NCBI RefSeq assembly: GCF_009914755.1
Contig: NC_060934.1
DNA length: 64,000 nt
Source of the DNA: the human T2T-CHM13v2.0 reference genome, Homo sapiens
Reading direction: 5' to 3' (one strand)
In this document: one piece after another, positions 25,912 to 39,559 of the stretch
How positions within the stretch are numbered: the first letter of the stretch is position 1
Layout of the letters: each line of letters begins with the position of its first letter
Program-made: the position numbers and the translations under genes
The notes under the pieces: model-generated
The model's input: the letters and a program-made list of their open reading frames with translations, nothing else
Database searches by the model: none
What the model was told of the DNA's origin: nothing

Positions 25912-27557
25912 GTGGGGATTGGTCATTTCCATTGGGATAGAGAGAATAGGATTTTTGAAACTTCTGTGGAAATCATTATTTAACCTTGAAGTACTACACA
26001 TGTTGGTAATGAGACACATCAATTGACAAGAGATAGTAGTTCTAGGATATTATGGAAGGGGGCAACATGTAAATAGAGAAATAAGGGAAAAATCAAGTTG
26101 TGTGTTTAAAATAAAAATCAGGTTAAATTGGAAAATGAGGCTACATGGAAAGGAGGTATTTCAATGGTTCTTGTTGTTCAGTATTATTTCAATTCTTTCT
26201 TTCAACAATCATTTTATTTTTGGTTTTCTACATGCCAGACATTATGCTATGAGACTTGCAGTAAATAAAAATAAAACATAAAATTGCAGTTGAATATGAT
26301 AATGTATTTATGCATAATAAACACTTAAATGGTTATTTTTATTATAATTATTTTTTGGGACTATATATATATTTGCAAGATAATAAATTATTTTCAGCAT
26401 ATGGTAAAATAGTATGAGAAAGAAAATCAAAAAGCTTTTGTGGAAAAGGTGTACTTTGAGTTGTAATTTAAAAGAAGGGCACGACTAGTCTATACTTTAC
26501 ACCTAGCATATTTGCATTGAGTAGAACCATCCCTGGCTTCTCTTGCTGATTTCCTGAGTAGACCCTGTACCAGTCAATCAAGCTCACTGCTTTGCTGCCC
26601 TTTGTCTCACTGAGATGGGGCCTCTTGTTATTCAATCTACTCTGTTGGCAATTTATTCTTTGAAATGAATGATGAGTGAATGAAACCCCTATCAACACAT
26701 CAACAATAAAAACTACCCCTGCCCTGGATTTTAAATAGAAACATTTTAATGAAGGGAAATTAAGAAGATTCAGGTGGCATTTTAAAATAAAATGAAAACC
26801 CAATCAAATAAGGATCATACCCAAGCAAAAAACGTCGTGCATCATGGTCTTTTATAGGCAGTTAGTGACTAGCTGGAGGAGACTGAAGGCATCACACACC
26901 ATATGGCGGATAAATATGGCTTACTTTTAAAATTGCATTTGTGTCACACAATTAAACGTTAAAACTATGCACTCCTAAAGATTCAACTGCAAAACTTGAA
27001 GTTTTTGCAAGGTTCATTGTAACCCTTTAGAGATGTTTGGACATAAAATCTATCATTAGAAGCAGAATATCCAAGTAACATGATTCCAAGAAACTATTTT
27101 TAAAAAGGTGTAAAAAAATCTTGCAATTCAATGCACAGAGCAGCTCAAATAATAATATTTAACCCAACATACCCCTTCCCAATCAGCAGAAGGCAGCCAC
27201 GACTATATTTTCCTGGATCCCAGCAAAAGGAAAAAGAGCTTGGGAGCTGATATTTCCCAAGAGGGCGTCAAATGGAGTCGAATTGCTGTGAGGCTGACCC
27301 TTGTATTCAGAGCATCTGAGGAGGAGTTTCAGCAGAATTGAGGTCAAGCAGGTGTGTTTAGACATCATTTTGCTGCTGAAGCAAAACCCTAGATTGACTA
27401 AATCAGTGCAATGAATCTGGCTTCCAATAGAAATCATAACAAACTTCCAGCTCAAATAGAAAAATTAGCATTTGGTTTCTATACCTTACCCTAATTGAAT
27501 TTGAAAAAAAGAAAAATCAAATAATATTATTTGTTCTTGCTTTAAGAAAAACTTCTC

Positions 27558-27852
27558 GGCCAGGCATGGTGGCTCATGCCTGTAATCTCAGCACTTTAGG
27601 AGGCTGAGGCGGGCAGATCACCTGAGGTCAGTAGTTCGAGACCAGCCTCAACATGGTGAAACCCCATCTCTACTAAAAAAAATTTAAAAAATAGCTAGGC
27701 GTGGTGGTGGGCGCCTGTAATCCCAGCTACTTAGGAGGCTGAGGAAGGGAGAATTGCTTGAACCAGGGAGGCGGGGGTCGCAGTGAGCCGAGATCCCACC
27801 ACTGCACTCCAGCCTGGGCAACAGCGCGAGACTCCGTCTCAAAAAAAAAAAA
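27558..27852 (+). mobile_element. Alu (AluSx-like)
   Basis: Dimeric Alu, gatcacctgaggtca, A tail. Confidence 0.93.
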
Positions 27853-28029
27853 TTATCTTTCATGTTTCTTTGTCTCATATCAAGAAAGAGAAAATAACTG
27901 AAGACTGTAAAGATCACCACTTATCAATAGTGCCAAAGCAGAAGGCTGGAGAAAAGCTCACAGATGTGGTGGCCTTCACTTGCTGCTCCCACTGCCATCT
28001 GTAAATGCCTGCAGTCAAGTCCCTGCCTC

Positions 28030-28465
28030 AGAGGGCTGTTCTATAGACTAAAGGAGTTAATATGTATATAGGGCACTTATAACAGTGTCTAGAACATAAT
28101 AAGCAATATATGTGCTTGTTGGGTTTTTTTCGTAATTATCATTATTATAGTGATGTTTTTAAATTTTTGGTAGAATGGAAGTGTGATCCAGAGAGTCCAG
28201 GGTAATGGGCAATTCAAATAACATTTAATAATACTTCTCATGTGATGAACATTTAATATGTGCTAAGGGCTTTATGTAAAGTTTCTCACTCAATTTTCAC
28301 AATAACCCTATGTGGTGAATATTATTGTTATCCCAATTTTATAGTTTGGAAGTCTGAGACTTAGAAAGATTAAATAAATTGCTCAGGAGATCACACAGCT
28401 GAAAAGTGGTTGCATCAGCACATTCTCCAGGCAATCTGATTGAAGCAGCTGCTCTTAATAACTAA
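28030..28465. mobile_element. Two MIR fragments (plus about 28030-28150; minus about 28220-28465)
   Basis: gcctcagagggctgtt...aacagtgtctagaacataataagc, and ttcacaataaccctatgtggtg...ggaagtctgagacttaga. Confidence 0.6.
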
Positions 28466-28801
28466 AGTAAAAGTTCAAAACAAACTAACAAAAGCAGGAT
28501 TTATAATGGCCAAGATAAAAATGTAAATTCAGTGTAATCTAAATTTGACATAGTTTTGCATAGCATACCAAACACATATCATATGACACAGTCATCTATG
28601 CCACCTACATGGCAAATGTACAAAGATGACAAATATATGCATACTACATAAAGATTTCTTCATTTATTTGGGAATAAAATAGCAATCAATAATATTGAAA
28701 AGATCTCAGAGAATCTTTTTGTATTTTAAGATTTAAGTACTTATGTCCAAAGTCTGGAGGGAATAAGGGCCCCTTAACTGTTCTTTTCCTTAGTACGTGT
28801 C

Positions 28802-29054
28802 TGTATTAGTTAGGGTTCTCTGGAGGGACAGAACTAGTAACATATATATATACATAAAGGGGAGCTTATTAAGTATTAATTCACACAATCACAAGGTTCC
28901 ACAATAGACTGTCTGCAAGCTGAGGAGCAAAGAGAGCAGTTTGAGTCCCAAAACTAAAGAACTTGGAGTCTGATGTTCAAGGGCAGGAAGCATCCAGCAC
29001 GGGAAAGAAATGTAGGCTGGGAGGCTAGGCCAGTCTAGTCTTTTCACATTTTTC
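28802..29054 (-). mobile_element. MLT2A (HERV-L LTR), partial
   Basis: tgtattagttagggttctctggagggacagaacta...gaacttggagtctgatgttcaagggcaggaagcatccagcacggga. Confidence 0.85.
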
Positions 29055-29248
29055 CAGGATTCTCACTAATCCCTAGCCACAGCCCAGACTCTGGTTTAGC
29101 TTCTTACTTCCCTTTCTTGCTCTAGTCCCTAACCAAACTAAATAAAATTACACATTTCATCATACATCATAAGTAGGGCCACTACTAAAATTCAGGAGGT
29201 TTCTGTAAAACCTGATAGCTTGTACATTTTTAACTATAAAAAGACAGC

Positions 29249-29276
29249 GAGACTCCGTCTCAAAACAACAACAACA
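29249..29276 (+). mobile_element. Extremely 5'-truncated Alu (terminal ~13-17 nt plus tail)
   Basis: gcgagactccgtctc followed by aaaacaacaacaacaaaa, flanked by aaaaagacagc / aaaaagatggc. Confidence 0.7.
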
Positions 29277-32079
29277 AAAAAGATGGCAAATCTGTTATTG
29301 AGACTAAAAAGTTCAAGGACCCTTTCATTCCTCCCACTTCTTGAGTTTAAAGCCTCAGAGACAAAGTAACATCAGGGTACTATCCCAAAAATATTCTCTG
29401 ATTTCAGCTGTCATCATGTAACTTCCTGGATCCCTTCAATTTGAATTTCAAATGCAGCATTACTGAATTCTCAAGGGCTTAAAGACATATTATTTTTTTC
29501 CTGTGGTGACTTATGACCAATAGTACCAAAGGATAAGCTTTCTCAGCTGGCAGGGTGAAGGTGTTATTTAGAATCATAGACTTTCCCATAGTTAGATTAA
29601 GAAGGAATCTTGTAAAACAGTGTAATTAAAATTATGGCTCATGGTTATCCATACCAGAATTCAGATAGAGCAATAAATATTATTGGGCTCCATCTAAAAC
29701 TTGAAAAAAAATATATAGAAGTTATGGGCATCTATATTTGAAAATGTTCCCCGTTAACATTTAATAGTGAAAATCTTCAAACCACTGTCATAAGTCATCT
29801 CACACTACAGATGATAGCTGAGCATCTGTGTACAAACACATGTACATATCTAAACATATAAGTATATATGTTATATATAGATTCCACATTTTAAAAATTT
29901 ATGACTATGAATATTACTGTGTTATTTTTAATGTGCTCTGCATTAGAATGATCTGATGTTTTTCTAGGTTGTTTGTAATGTCCCAGACCCTAATCTTGAA
30001 CTGAAAGTTCAGGAGATGTGATTTTCGTTGCCAGCTTTACCACTCGCTATTTGAATAATACCAGATCTCAGTGTCCTCATTCTAAAATGAAGGACTGGCT
30101 ATCTTTGAAAACCATTTCAGTCCCAAAATTAAATAACTGTATTGAACACTGATTTGAAACTGGGGAACTATGTGGTTAAGAGACAGATTGTAAGACAAAT
30201 GGCAGCCATCCAGTCATGTGCTCTCAACAGAACACTAAGAAAAAATTACAGTCTCATCTGCCTAATTAATTCTTCAGTTAAATTAAAAATTATATTTGAT
30301 TAGGTTTGCAAAGGGCACTGACACTAGGCTTACCAGTGGCTCTAAATGCATGGTCTCCAAATGCCAGAAAGGAAAAAAGTCCCTTATACTGGGATCAGAG
30401 TTTCTCCAAGCAGAGAAGTTTAATGCTAATGTGGATTTTGGTTCCAGAAAAATATATTGAATTCAAAAATATGGACTGCACAAATTTCATATGGTAGAAA
30501 GACAGCTTAATTCTAATCAGATGCAATAGTCAGGGAAGGTAAGTGATTGAGAATGACAGGTAAACCACAATTGTGTAATGATTTGTTCTTCTATAAAGCT
30601 GAGGAATCCTTTAGGGTTGCATAGGCATGCTAAAGAAGTCCATTAAGCTACCACAAAGGAAATGGATTGAAATAGGATTCTTCTAAGATTGTTTATGTGG
30701 ATGCTTAGGAGATTTGAATTATTTCTCATGGTAGTTGTTCTCAGCAAGTCAATAAATTGGAATGAAGATATATAGTTGACATCTAATACCTTTTTCCATC
30801 TCATATTTATGTATAACAACAGATTTTCATCTTTTAGATGTGTCAAATTAAGGGTGAAAATGGATTGAAATATCATATATTGGACACAGGGGTCAGAAAC
30901 AGGACAGAAAAGTCACACCAAGAACGCCAGGCATTTTGTGTGATGGTAACAGTACATGAACAAAAGCCAGATTTGGAACGTGAGTCAGGAGTGTATGAGC
31001 TCACATTTATTGTTCAATAATACAGATGCATGCTGCTAAAGAAATTTTGGCATTGAAATGGAAATAAAAAGTAGTAATAAAAATATCCATGACATGTGAG
31101 GGGCTTTTAGGTGCATGAGGCACTTTTCTGCATGTGCTGATGGATTTAAGGTGTGTTCAAACACAAAGGCTGGTCAGATACTGCAATCACAAGATGCAGG
31201 GAAAGATTGGATTTCATGAAACTAACCAAATTTGGGGCTCTGGTAACGTTTGCTCAGCACCTGGTTGCTGCCTCAGCAAAAAACCAGCTGGCAGCTGTTT
31301 TTTGATTAGTTTTGTTTTATAAAGCTTTGTTATTTATTGTCCAAATGCTCCTCATGAATTTCCAGAAGCAGAAACATTCAGACCAGTAAAGATTGAGGTG
31401 GTTTGTTTGGGTTAATGAGAAATGCTGCCTTCATATAAGTTTCCTGTTATTCTCCCTCATATTATTTTCCAAGTGGTATGAACTAAAGGTCTCCCCCTGA
31501 TGGCTTCTCCATCTGAAGATGTTCAGTGAGGAAATTCAATATGTCCAAATAGTCAAAATACCATCATACTTTATGTCCTAAACTCAAACTGTTCATCTGT
31601 GCTCATGAACGTATCAGCTCAGAGTGGGATATTAGCATCACTGTTCACCCCCAGGCAGAGGAAATGCTGACCATTTCCATAAAACACACTCCAAGACCAC
31701 ATCCAAGCCCCCACTGGGATTTTTTCCTGATATGAATAAGGGCACATTTGGAATTTCAAGTGGAGCAGAGCACTTGAATTCAAACCAGGTCTAACTGGCA
31801 AATGATTTTAGGTAAAGTAATAGTTTGAAATACTTTCTCTAAAACTATTTAAAATACTCACACCTGGCTTGGATCTCAAGAATATTATACAGTGAACATA
31901 ATGTCTACAACAGTATTTAGCAGGATCTGATGGCTGTGGAATGTTCTTAGAGGGGTTACTATTCAGCCGCGAGGGGCAGGAGGGTAGAGGGAGCAGTTTT
32001 CCTGGTTTATAGTGGTGGTCAATTCTTACAATGTGTGGGCAATCTGAGGCATTTTGTATCGGGTACCTAATTATACTTT

Positions 32080-32781
32080 TGTAGCCACCCAATGGGTTCA
32101 CCTTGACCACCGCCTAGACAGAGCCAATTTCTCAAGTCAGGGAAATTCCAGTAGAGAAAGAGTAGTTCATGCAGAGCTGGCTGTGTGGGAGACTGGAGTT
32201 TTATTATTACTCAAATCAGTCTCCCTCAGCATTTGGGGAGCAGAGTTTTTAAGGACAACTTGGCAGGTGTGGGGAAGCCAGTGTGTGGGGAAGCCAGTGA
32301 TCCAGGAGTGCTGATTGGTCAGAGATGAAATCATAGGCAGTCGAAGCTGTCTTCTTGCCCTGAGTCATTTCCTGGGTGGGGGCCACTAAATCAGATGAGC
32401 CAGTTTATCAGTCTGGGTGGTGCCAGCTGATCCATCAAATGCAGGATCTGCAAAATATCTCAAGCACTTATCTTAGGGGCAGTTTAGTGAGGGTCAGAAT
32501 CTTGTAGCCTCCAGCTGCATCACTCCTAAACCATAATTTCTAATCTTGTGGCTAATTTGTTAGTCCTACAAAGGCAATATAGTCCCTAGGCAAGAAGGCG
32601 GTCTGCTTTGGGAAAGGGCTGTTATCATCTTTGTTTTAAACTACAAACCAAATTTCCCCAAAGTTAGTGCAGCCTAAGCCCAGGAATGAACACAGACAGC
32701 TTAGAGGTTAGAAGCAAGATGTAGTTGGTTAAGTTAGATCTCTTTCACTGTCTCAGTCATAATTTTGCAAAGGCGGTTTTA
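32080..32781 (-). mobile_element. LTR8 solo LTR (ERV1)
   Basis: The reverse complement begins aaaccgcctttgcaaaattatgactgagacagtgaaagagatctaac, the LTR8 5' end; the other end is tgtagccacccaatgggttcacc. Confidence 0.88.
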
Positions 32782-33034
32782 ATCTGGCAGCAACTTGACA
32801 AAGTAGGTATTGTTGATTCCTCTGAATACACAGAAAAGGAAAAAAAAAAGATAAATCATCTTTCCAAAGTCTTGCAGTATGTGAACGGGACCAGTATTTC
32901 CACTAAAGGGGATGCAGTTTGTAAAATTCTTCCACTAAACCGGAAGTCTTTATTTTGACCCTATTCACAATCCACAGGCTCTATCTTTATATTATTATTA
33001 TTGTTGTTGTTAAGGTGGTCCTCAATAGTCAAAA

Positions 33035-33660
33035 TGTTACCAGAAAGGGGTCCTGATCCAGACCCCAAAAAGGGGTTCTTAGACTTCACACAAGAAAGAA
33101 GTCGGGGTGAATCCATAAAGTGAAAGCAACCTTATTAGAGAAATAAAGAAACAGAAGAATGGCTAGTCCATAGACAGAGCAGCAACTTGGGCTACTCAAC
33201 TGATAATACTTACAGTTATTTCTTGATTATATACTAAACAAAGTATGGATTATTCATGAGTTTTCTGGGAAAGGGGTGGGCAATTTCCGGAACTGTGGTT
33301 CCCCCCGTTTTTAGACCAAATCGGGTAACTTCCTGACATTGCCATGGCTTTTGTAAACTGTCCTGGCACCTGTGGGAGTGTCTTTCAGCATGCTAATGCA
33401 TTATAATTAGCATATAATGAAGACTGAAGACGGCCAGAGGTCACTTTCATCACCATCTTGGTTTTGTTGGGTTTTGGCTGGTTTCTTTACCACCTTTTTA
33501 TTAGCAAGGTCTTTGTGATTGGTACCTGGTGCTGACCTCCTATCTCATCCTGTGACTAAGAATGCCTGACCTCCTGGGAATGCAGCCCAGTAAGGTCTCA
33601 GCCTTATTTTACCCAGCCCTTATTCAAGATGGAGTCACTCTTCTTCAAACACCTCTGACA
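33035..33660 (-). mobile_element. MER41B solo LTR (ERV1)
   Basis: tgttaccagaaaggggtcctgatccagaccccaa...caagatggagtcactc...caaacacctctgaca; 626 bp. Confidence 0.88.
33263..33271. promoter_or_regulatory. GAS (STAT1) motif within MER41B
   Basis: TTCTGGGAA at the position of the known MER41B tandem GAS; the partner site at 33284-33292 is degenerate (TTTCCGGAA). Confidence 0.5.
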
Positions 33661-34513
33661 ACAATGCTACCAACAAATTTAAGAAATACATTAAACAGAT
33701 AACTACTCTGTGTTTTTGCTGAGATGCACACCAGAGTCCAGGTTTCAGAACAACAACAAAATTAAACAAAAAATATTAATGTTATTGCTTTTCTTATGAA
33801 CAAATCAAAGATCAGTATAAACTTATTCCTGTGTGTTCATTAAACACAAACAAGGCACTGGAAGTACCACAGGTTGACAGGGAAGGATCCCATAGTCCTT
33901 TTTCCCCAGAAGCTTAGAGAGTATCTTAAGAAGACCACATCAATAAATAATAGGAATGTAATGATAATATATGCAAATTTATTAATGAACAGGGAACAAT
34001 AAGGGGGCAGCTAAAAGTATAATTAATCGTCTAGAGAAGATACTAAGATACTAGAGAATTCTACCCAAAAGAAAGAAACCGATTTGAATACTGAAATTGA
34101 TCAAGTATGATCCCAAAGTGTGTGCTTGTATGGAAGGACGGCATGGAGGAACGAGGGCCTGTGCCTCTCTGGAAACAGTGCCTGTCATCACTGGAGAATA
34201 GTGACAAATGGGAAGATGAATGTGGGACAGGATAGCAGCTGTTTCGTATGCTTACATCTGGATTTGGAATTCTACTTTCTAGGGCAGAGGTAATAAACAT
34301 AGCTTTCTGGCTTGCAGATGAATTGCCTTTGTTCGGCAGGATGTTTCTAAATTCACTGGCTGTTCAGCACTCTACAGACCCTATTGCTCTCTATTGCATT
34401 GTTTTGGCTCTCCTCTTGTTTCTGTGACCTGCTAACCTGCCTGGCCCCCAGAAGGATTTTGAGCATGCAACCCTGTTATGAGACATAATGATCCATCAAG
34501 CATTTTGAATCTA

Positions 34514-35036
<523 letters not shown>

Positions 35037-36224
35037 TTAATTGAATGTTAATAATTGTTACAGGAATAGGAAAATTGGTAAAGTTTCAAATTCCAAATTC
35101 TTATGCACCTATATAGTAACACAAGTAAAGGAAAAGCAGTAAATAAAGAAAAAATATCCCATTTTCATTAGTTGTTGATAAAGGGTTAACTGGGCATGGT
35201 TAATGCAATTAAGCAATCCAATATATTTGAAATTGGGCATGGAGGCTGATAGGCAAAACATTGTTAAACCAGAAGTACTGATTAATTACTTTATTGGACC
35301 ATTAAACATCTGGCTTTCCTTTGTTACCCAATAAACTTAAACAGTTCATTAAAAACCAATGAAACATGACAAAAAAAATAGAGGTTTTGTTTTCTTATTT
35401 CTTTCAGTTTACCTATGGATTAGAGGATTTTATTTCCTTTTGAACTCACTTCCAAAAGCCTGATGGAAAGTCACGGATGTTGCTAAGTGATAGGAAATTG
35501 CTACCCCCAACTAAAAATCAGAAATTGCAAACCTATAACTCTTTAGTGATTGCAAATAAACCAAGTTGCAGAAGTAAGTAGGGAGGAAAAATTCCTTTCT
35601 TTTTGTGATATACACCACTGGATATAGACTTTCTGAAATTTATTTGCAACTCCAATGTTAACACTTCTTGGCAACCATTCCTTTCAGGGTACTATTTAAC
35701 AACCATAAGTAGGTCAGAGCATTGAATGAAGACGACTTTGAATTCACGTTAAAATATATATACAGTTAGTGGTATAAATAAATTACTAAAGTTCCACCAT
35801 ACTAAGCAATTACTGTAGTATTTCATTTGTCTTCACAGATACAACTAGATAAAGAGATATGTCTATATCTAGATCTATAAGCTGTAAGGATTGTATTATA
35901 CAGCTTATTTTTTAACTTTTATTTCTCACTTATTACATTTCTGAATATTTTTCTATATCAGATCCTTGATAGACAGATACTGCTTCAATCATTTATTATT
36001 GAACCAAGTAACTTTTATTGCAAATGTGCATTGTTATTAATTTTTTCAATTATAAATACTCTTCTGTTGAAAACTCTTGTCAAACATAAATGTGGTTTTA
36101 TACAGTTATGCACTTTGGATAAATTCTGAGAAGTAAAATCTGTTGATTACAAAACAGGTAGCCAAGGTTCTTGTGTGTGTTGCCAAACTGAAACACATTA
36201 ACTGAATTGAATTAATTAAATTAG

Positions 36225-36587
36225 TGATGTGGTTTGGCTCTGTGTCCCCATCCATATCTCATCTCAAATTGGAATCGCCACTCGTGGAGGGAGGGACCTG
36301 GTGGGAGCTGATTAGCTCATGGGGGTCGGTTTCTACCTTGCTATGCTCATGATAGTGAGTGAGTTTCATGAGAGCTGATGGTTTTAAAGTGTGGATTTCA
36401 CTCCTTGCTCTCTTTCTCTCCTGCCACCTTATGAAGAAGGTGATTATTTCCCCTTCCCCTCCACCATGATTGTAAGTTTGCTGAGGCTTCCCAGCCATGC
36501 GGAACTGTAAGTCAATTAAACCTCTTTTATTTATAAATTACCCAGTCTTAGGTAGTTGTTTATAGCATGTGAAAACAGACTAATGCA
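36225..36587 (+). mobile_element. THE1D-like MaLR solo LTR
   Basis: tgatgtggtttggctctgtgtcccc...gactaatgca; 5-bp TSD ATTAG. Confidence 0.9.
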
Positions 36588-36629
36588 ATTAGAAAGAGTA
36601 TTAATTAATTGTTAATTTAAGATCCAACG

Positions 36630-39545
36630 CATGAGGATGCTGCTGCAGCCATGAGATGCAGGAAACAATGATATAGATTTTGAACATCTCCAAATCTATA
36701 TATTAAGACAGAGTAAATAGCAAAACCAAAGACATGGAAAATACTAACAATAAAATTAGGTTACAGATTATACCTACAAACCTCACATTATAAGCAGATA
36801 ATTATAAACTTCCATTAGCCACAAAATCCACCTGATATCAGTGTCTCTGTGGAAGGGAACAAAGGGAAGGAATGGAGTGGCTGGCAGACATGCACTCTTA
36901 CTGGCTAGCATGACTGTAGCATATTCTCCATACACTTTCATGGGCTAGCATGACTGACTAGTTGGAGATCAGGATCCAAAACTGGGTGTGGTTTTGCCCC
37001 TTCCAATAGAAGCTGGGTACAAGGAGAGTGTACAAAAGACTGAAGAGGCTGGACTATTCTGTCCCCTGTGAACTCTCAAAACCCACTTGCTAGAGAGCTC
37101 CCTCTAGAATTAAACCCTAGAATCCCACAGTGAAAAGACACTGTTAGGTGTGGAATTTTGAGTAGGGCAGGGATAATATTGAGAAGTAAAGAGAAGGCAC
37201 ATGTAAAACTGGAGAAGAGAGTCCAGAAATTTCAGAAAGCAATCCACTTATAACGTTAAAGTCTACATGAAGAGAACAGAAGAGGGAGCTGTGTGAAACG
37301 AGAAAGCTATCCTGAATCACACCTCTTTCTAGGAGTTCAAGATAATTAATTTTACAAAAAAATGAGCAACAGAAAAGTTTTGAGGGCAATTTCCATACTA
37401 AGTTAATAAAAGAAAAATGAGAATGAGGAGAATAATATGATTCTTATATATTATGAAAGCACAACAGAAAGATTACCACAGGAAAGATCAAAATACACAC
37501 CTTAAAGGTGAGTTAAATAAGAAAGCATTTTAAGGCATGATAGAACCACATTAATCAGAATTTTGAAAACTTTAAATGAGATGAGAAAATTCAGGAAATA
37601 ATTAGAAATAAATGATCACATTCAAATGGAGACTGAATTAGAAATAACACAAGCATGAATGAACCACTAAATAATTCCTTAAAAATAAAAAAGAAATACA
37701 GAAACAGATAAAAATTTTGAGACAACATTGCAAATAATGAAGTAAATTCATCCTATAGGTAATAAGTGTGCCTGCAGAATAAAACCAAAATAAGAGAATG
37801 TAACAAATACAAAAACTCTAATTCAAAACTTTCTTAAAATTAAATATATAATATATATTTGAAACTATATATTAAAGAGCACACCACTTATTGACAGTAC
37901 CAACTTGAAATTTAGTAAAATTGCCAGGCTTTGTAGAAAAAAGAAAAAATATCATTTGCCACCTATGGGAATCTGGGGGAACCAAGATATTTCTAAAGCA
38001 AATAAAATCACATTATCATCATATGTTTCAACAGCAACACATGGACAGTATGAGGAAAACAGAGTAGTTTATATATAGAATAGTAGAATATATTTATATA
38101 TTCAAGGAAGGAAAATGTGAGCCAAGGATTTTATATCCTGCAAATCTGACATTCAAGTGTAAAAACCACATACACAAAAACTATTATTAACTAACATGTA
38201 AATATTTGATGATATTGTTCCCAAAATACTTCCTAGGGAATTTACCAGATAATGAACTTGGACAAACAAAATAACTTAAAAGACATTCGTAAGGTGATAG
38301 GCATCCTTAAACATGTAGTTACTTATAGAACTAAGAATAAATTGAGATTATAAAGAAAGCGTGTATTTTGTTATGGCTCTAGGCTCAGGCAATGTCGATA
38401 TTATACAAGTATTAAGATGGGGGAAATAGAATGTGGAGAGTACAGGAAAACAAATGTTACTTTTTTTGGTATACTGTTGGTGGTGGAATTAACAATGTTA
38501 TTCTGAAATGGCTGTGTATAAATGGGCATACAGTAAATTTGCAATTATGGGATATTTTAAGTCTATCATCCACTGTATCCTTAAGAACCAGGATTCTCAG
38601 AAGGAGACAGACACAATGCAAAATAAATTACATTAAAATCTCATCTTGAATTTCAATTTGAAGCATTTATATGCATTCATGGGTAGTGTTTGTGTGTGTA
38701 TGTGTGTGTGTGTCTAGCAGGTATGTAACATGCATAATATCTTTGTTTTGTCAACAGAAAAAGACTAGAAACAATAATCAACAACCTAGGAGTGATGAAT
38801 AACTATCATGCCCAGATTAGAATCTTGAGATACCATGTTTCATTAAAAACAAAAAGAAAGTATCAAACATTTTTTTTTCTGCCATTCCTGTATGAACTGT
38901 ACCATTGGGAAATCAAATAGTTGTGGATAAAAGAAAATGTTGCTTTATAAATGTCATTCTAAATGACAAATGAAGAAGCAGTTATAAAAGTCAAATATCA
39001 CCATACTGCAACCTCCCAATGAATTAATGGATCCAAGCATTGAGTATCAACAGTCGCTAATAACACCAAAGATAGGCCATCCACATTTTATATCCTTTCT
39101 GTATTTTCACTAGTTGAGAGTACAATCCTGACTGAAGATGCAATCAACAATATTCAGACTGTGAAAAACTCTATGGCTCAAAAAGCATGGATTCTTCAAC
39201 AGATAAACAGCAAAGAAAAGAAACAGATGAAGGAGGAGTCAGCGTATTAAAAGACTTAAAAGTTATAAAGATAAAATCTTGTGAGATAAAACTATAAAGA
39301 CACTCAAGAATATGCTTACTATATAAAAGTCCAGATTGTGGGGAATGAATGTGTGGGCTGTGAGCCTTTCGAGGGGAAAGAGTATGAGACGTCAAGAATA
39401 TCTGTGATGACTGACAAAATGTGATTGCTAGTCTTGGATTGTGGTTGCACGGGTGTTTGCCTTATAATATCTCACTAAGTTAGACATTTTTATGTTTTTC
39501 TGAATCTGTTTCCTTTTGCAGTAAACACGTTGAAACAAAAGAAAG
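36630..39545 (+). mobile_element. Ancient L1-family relic (HAL1/L1ME-like)
   Basis: ORF1-like ggaaaatgtgagccaaggattttatatcctgcaaatctg at about 38110-38150, A-rich sense strand and an L1ME-like 3' end. Boundaries uncertain. Confidence 0.5.
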
Positions 39546-39559
39546 GAAAAAAATCCTAC

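Noticed and set aside
27250-27275. CTCF-like AGAGGGCG (also AGATGGCAG near 20100 and 27995)
   Set aside because: Only the 3' core matches; the 5' CCASY half is poor.
30525-30546. Perfect plus-strand donor AAG|GTAAGT
   Set aside because: No convincing paired acceptor or reading frame.
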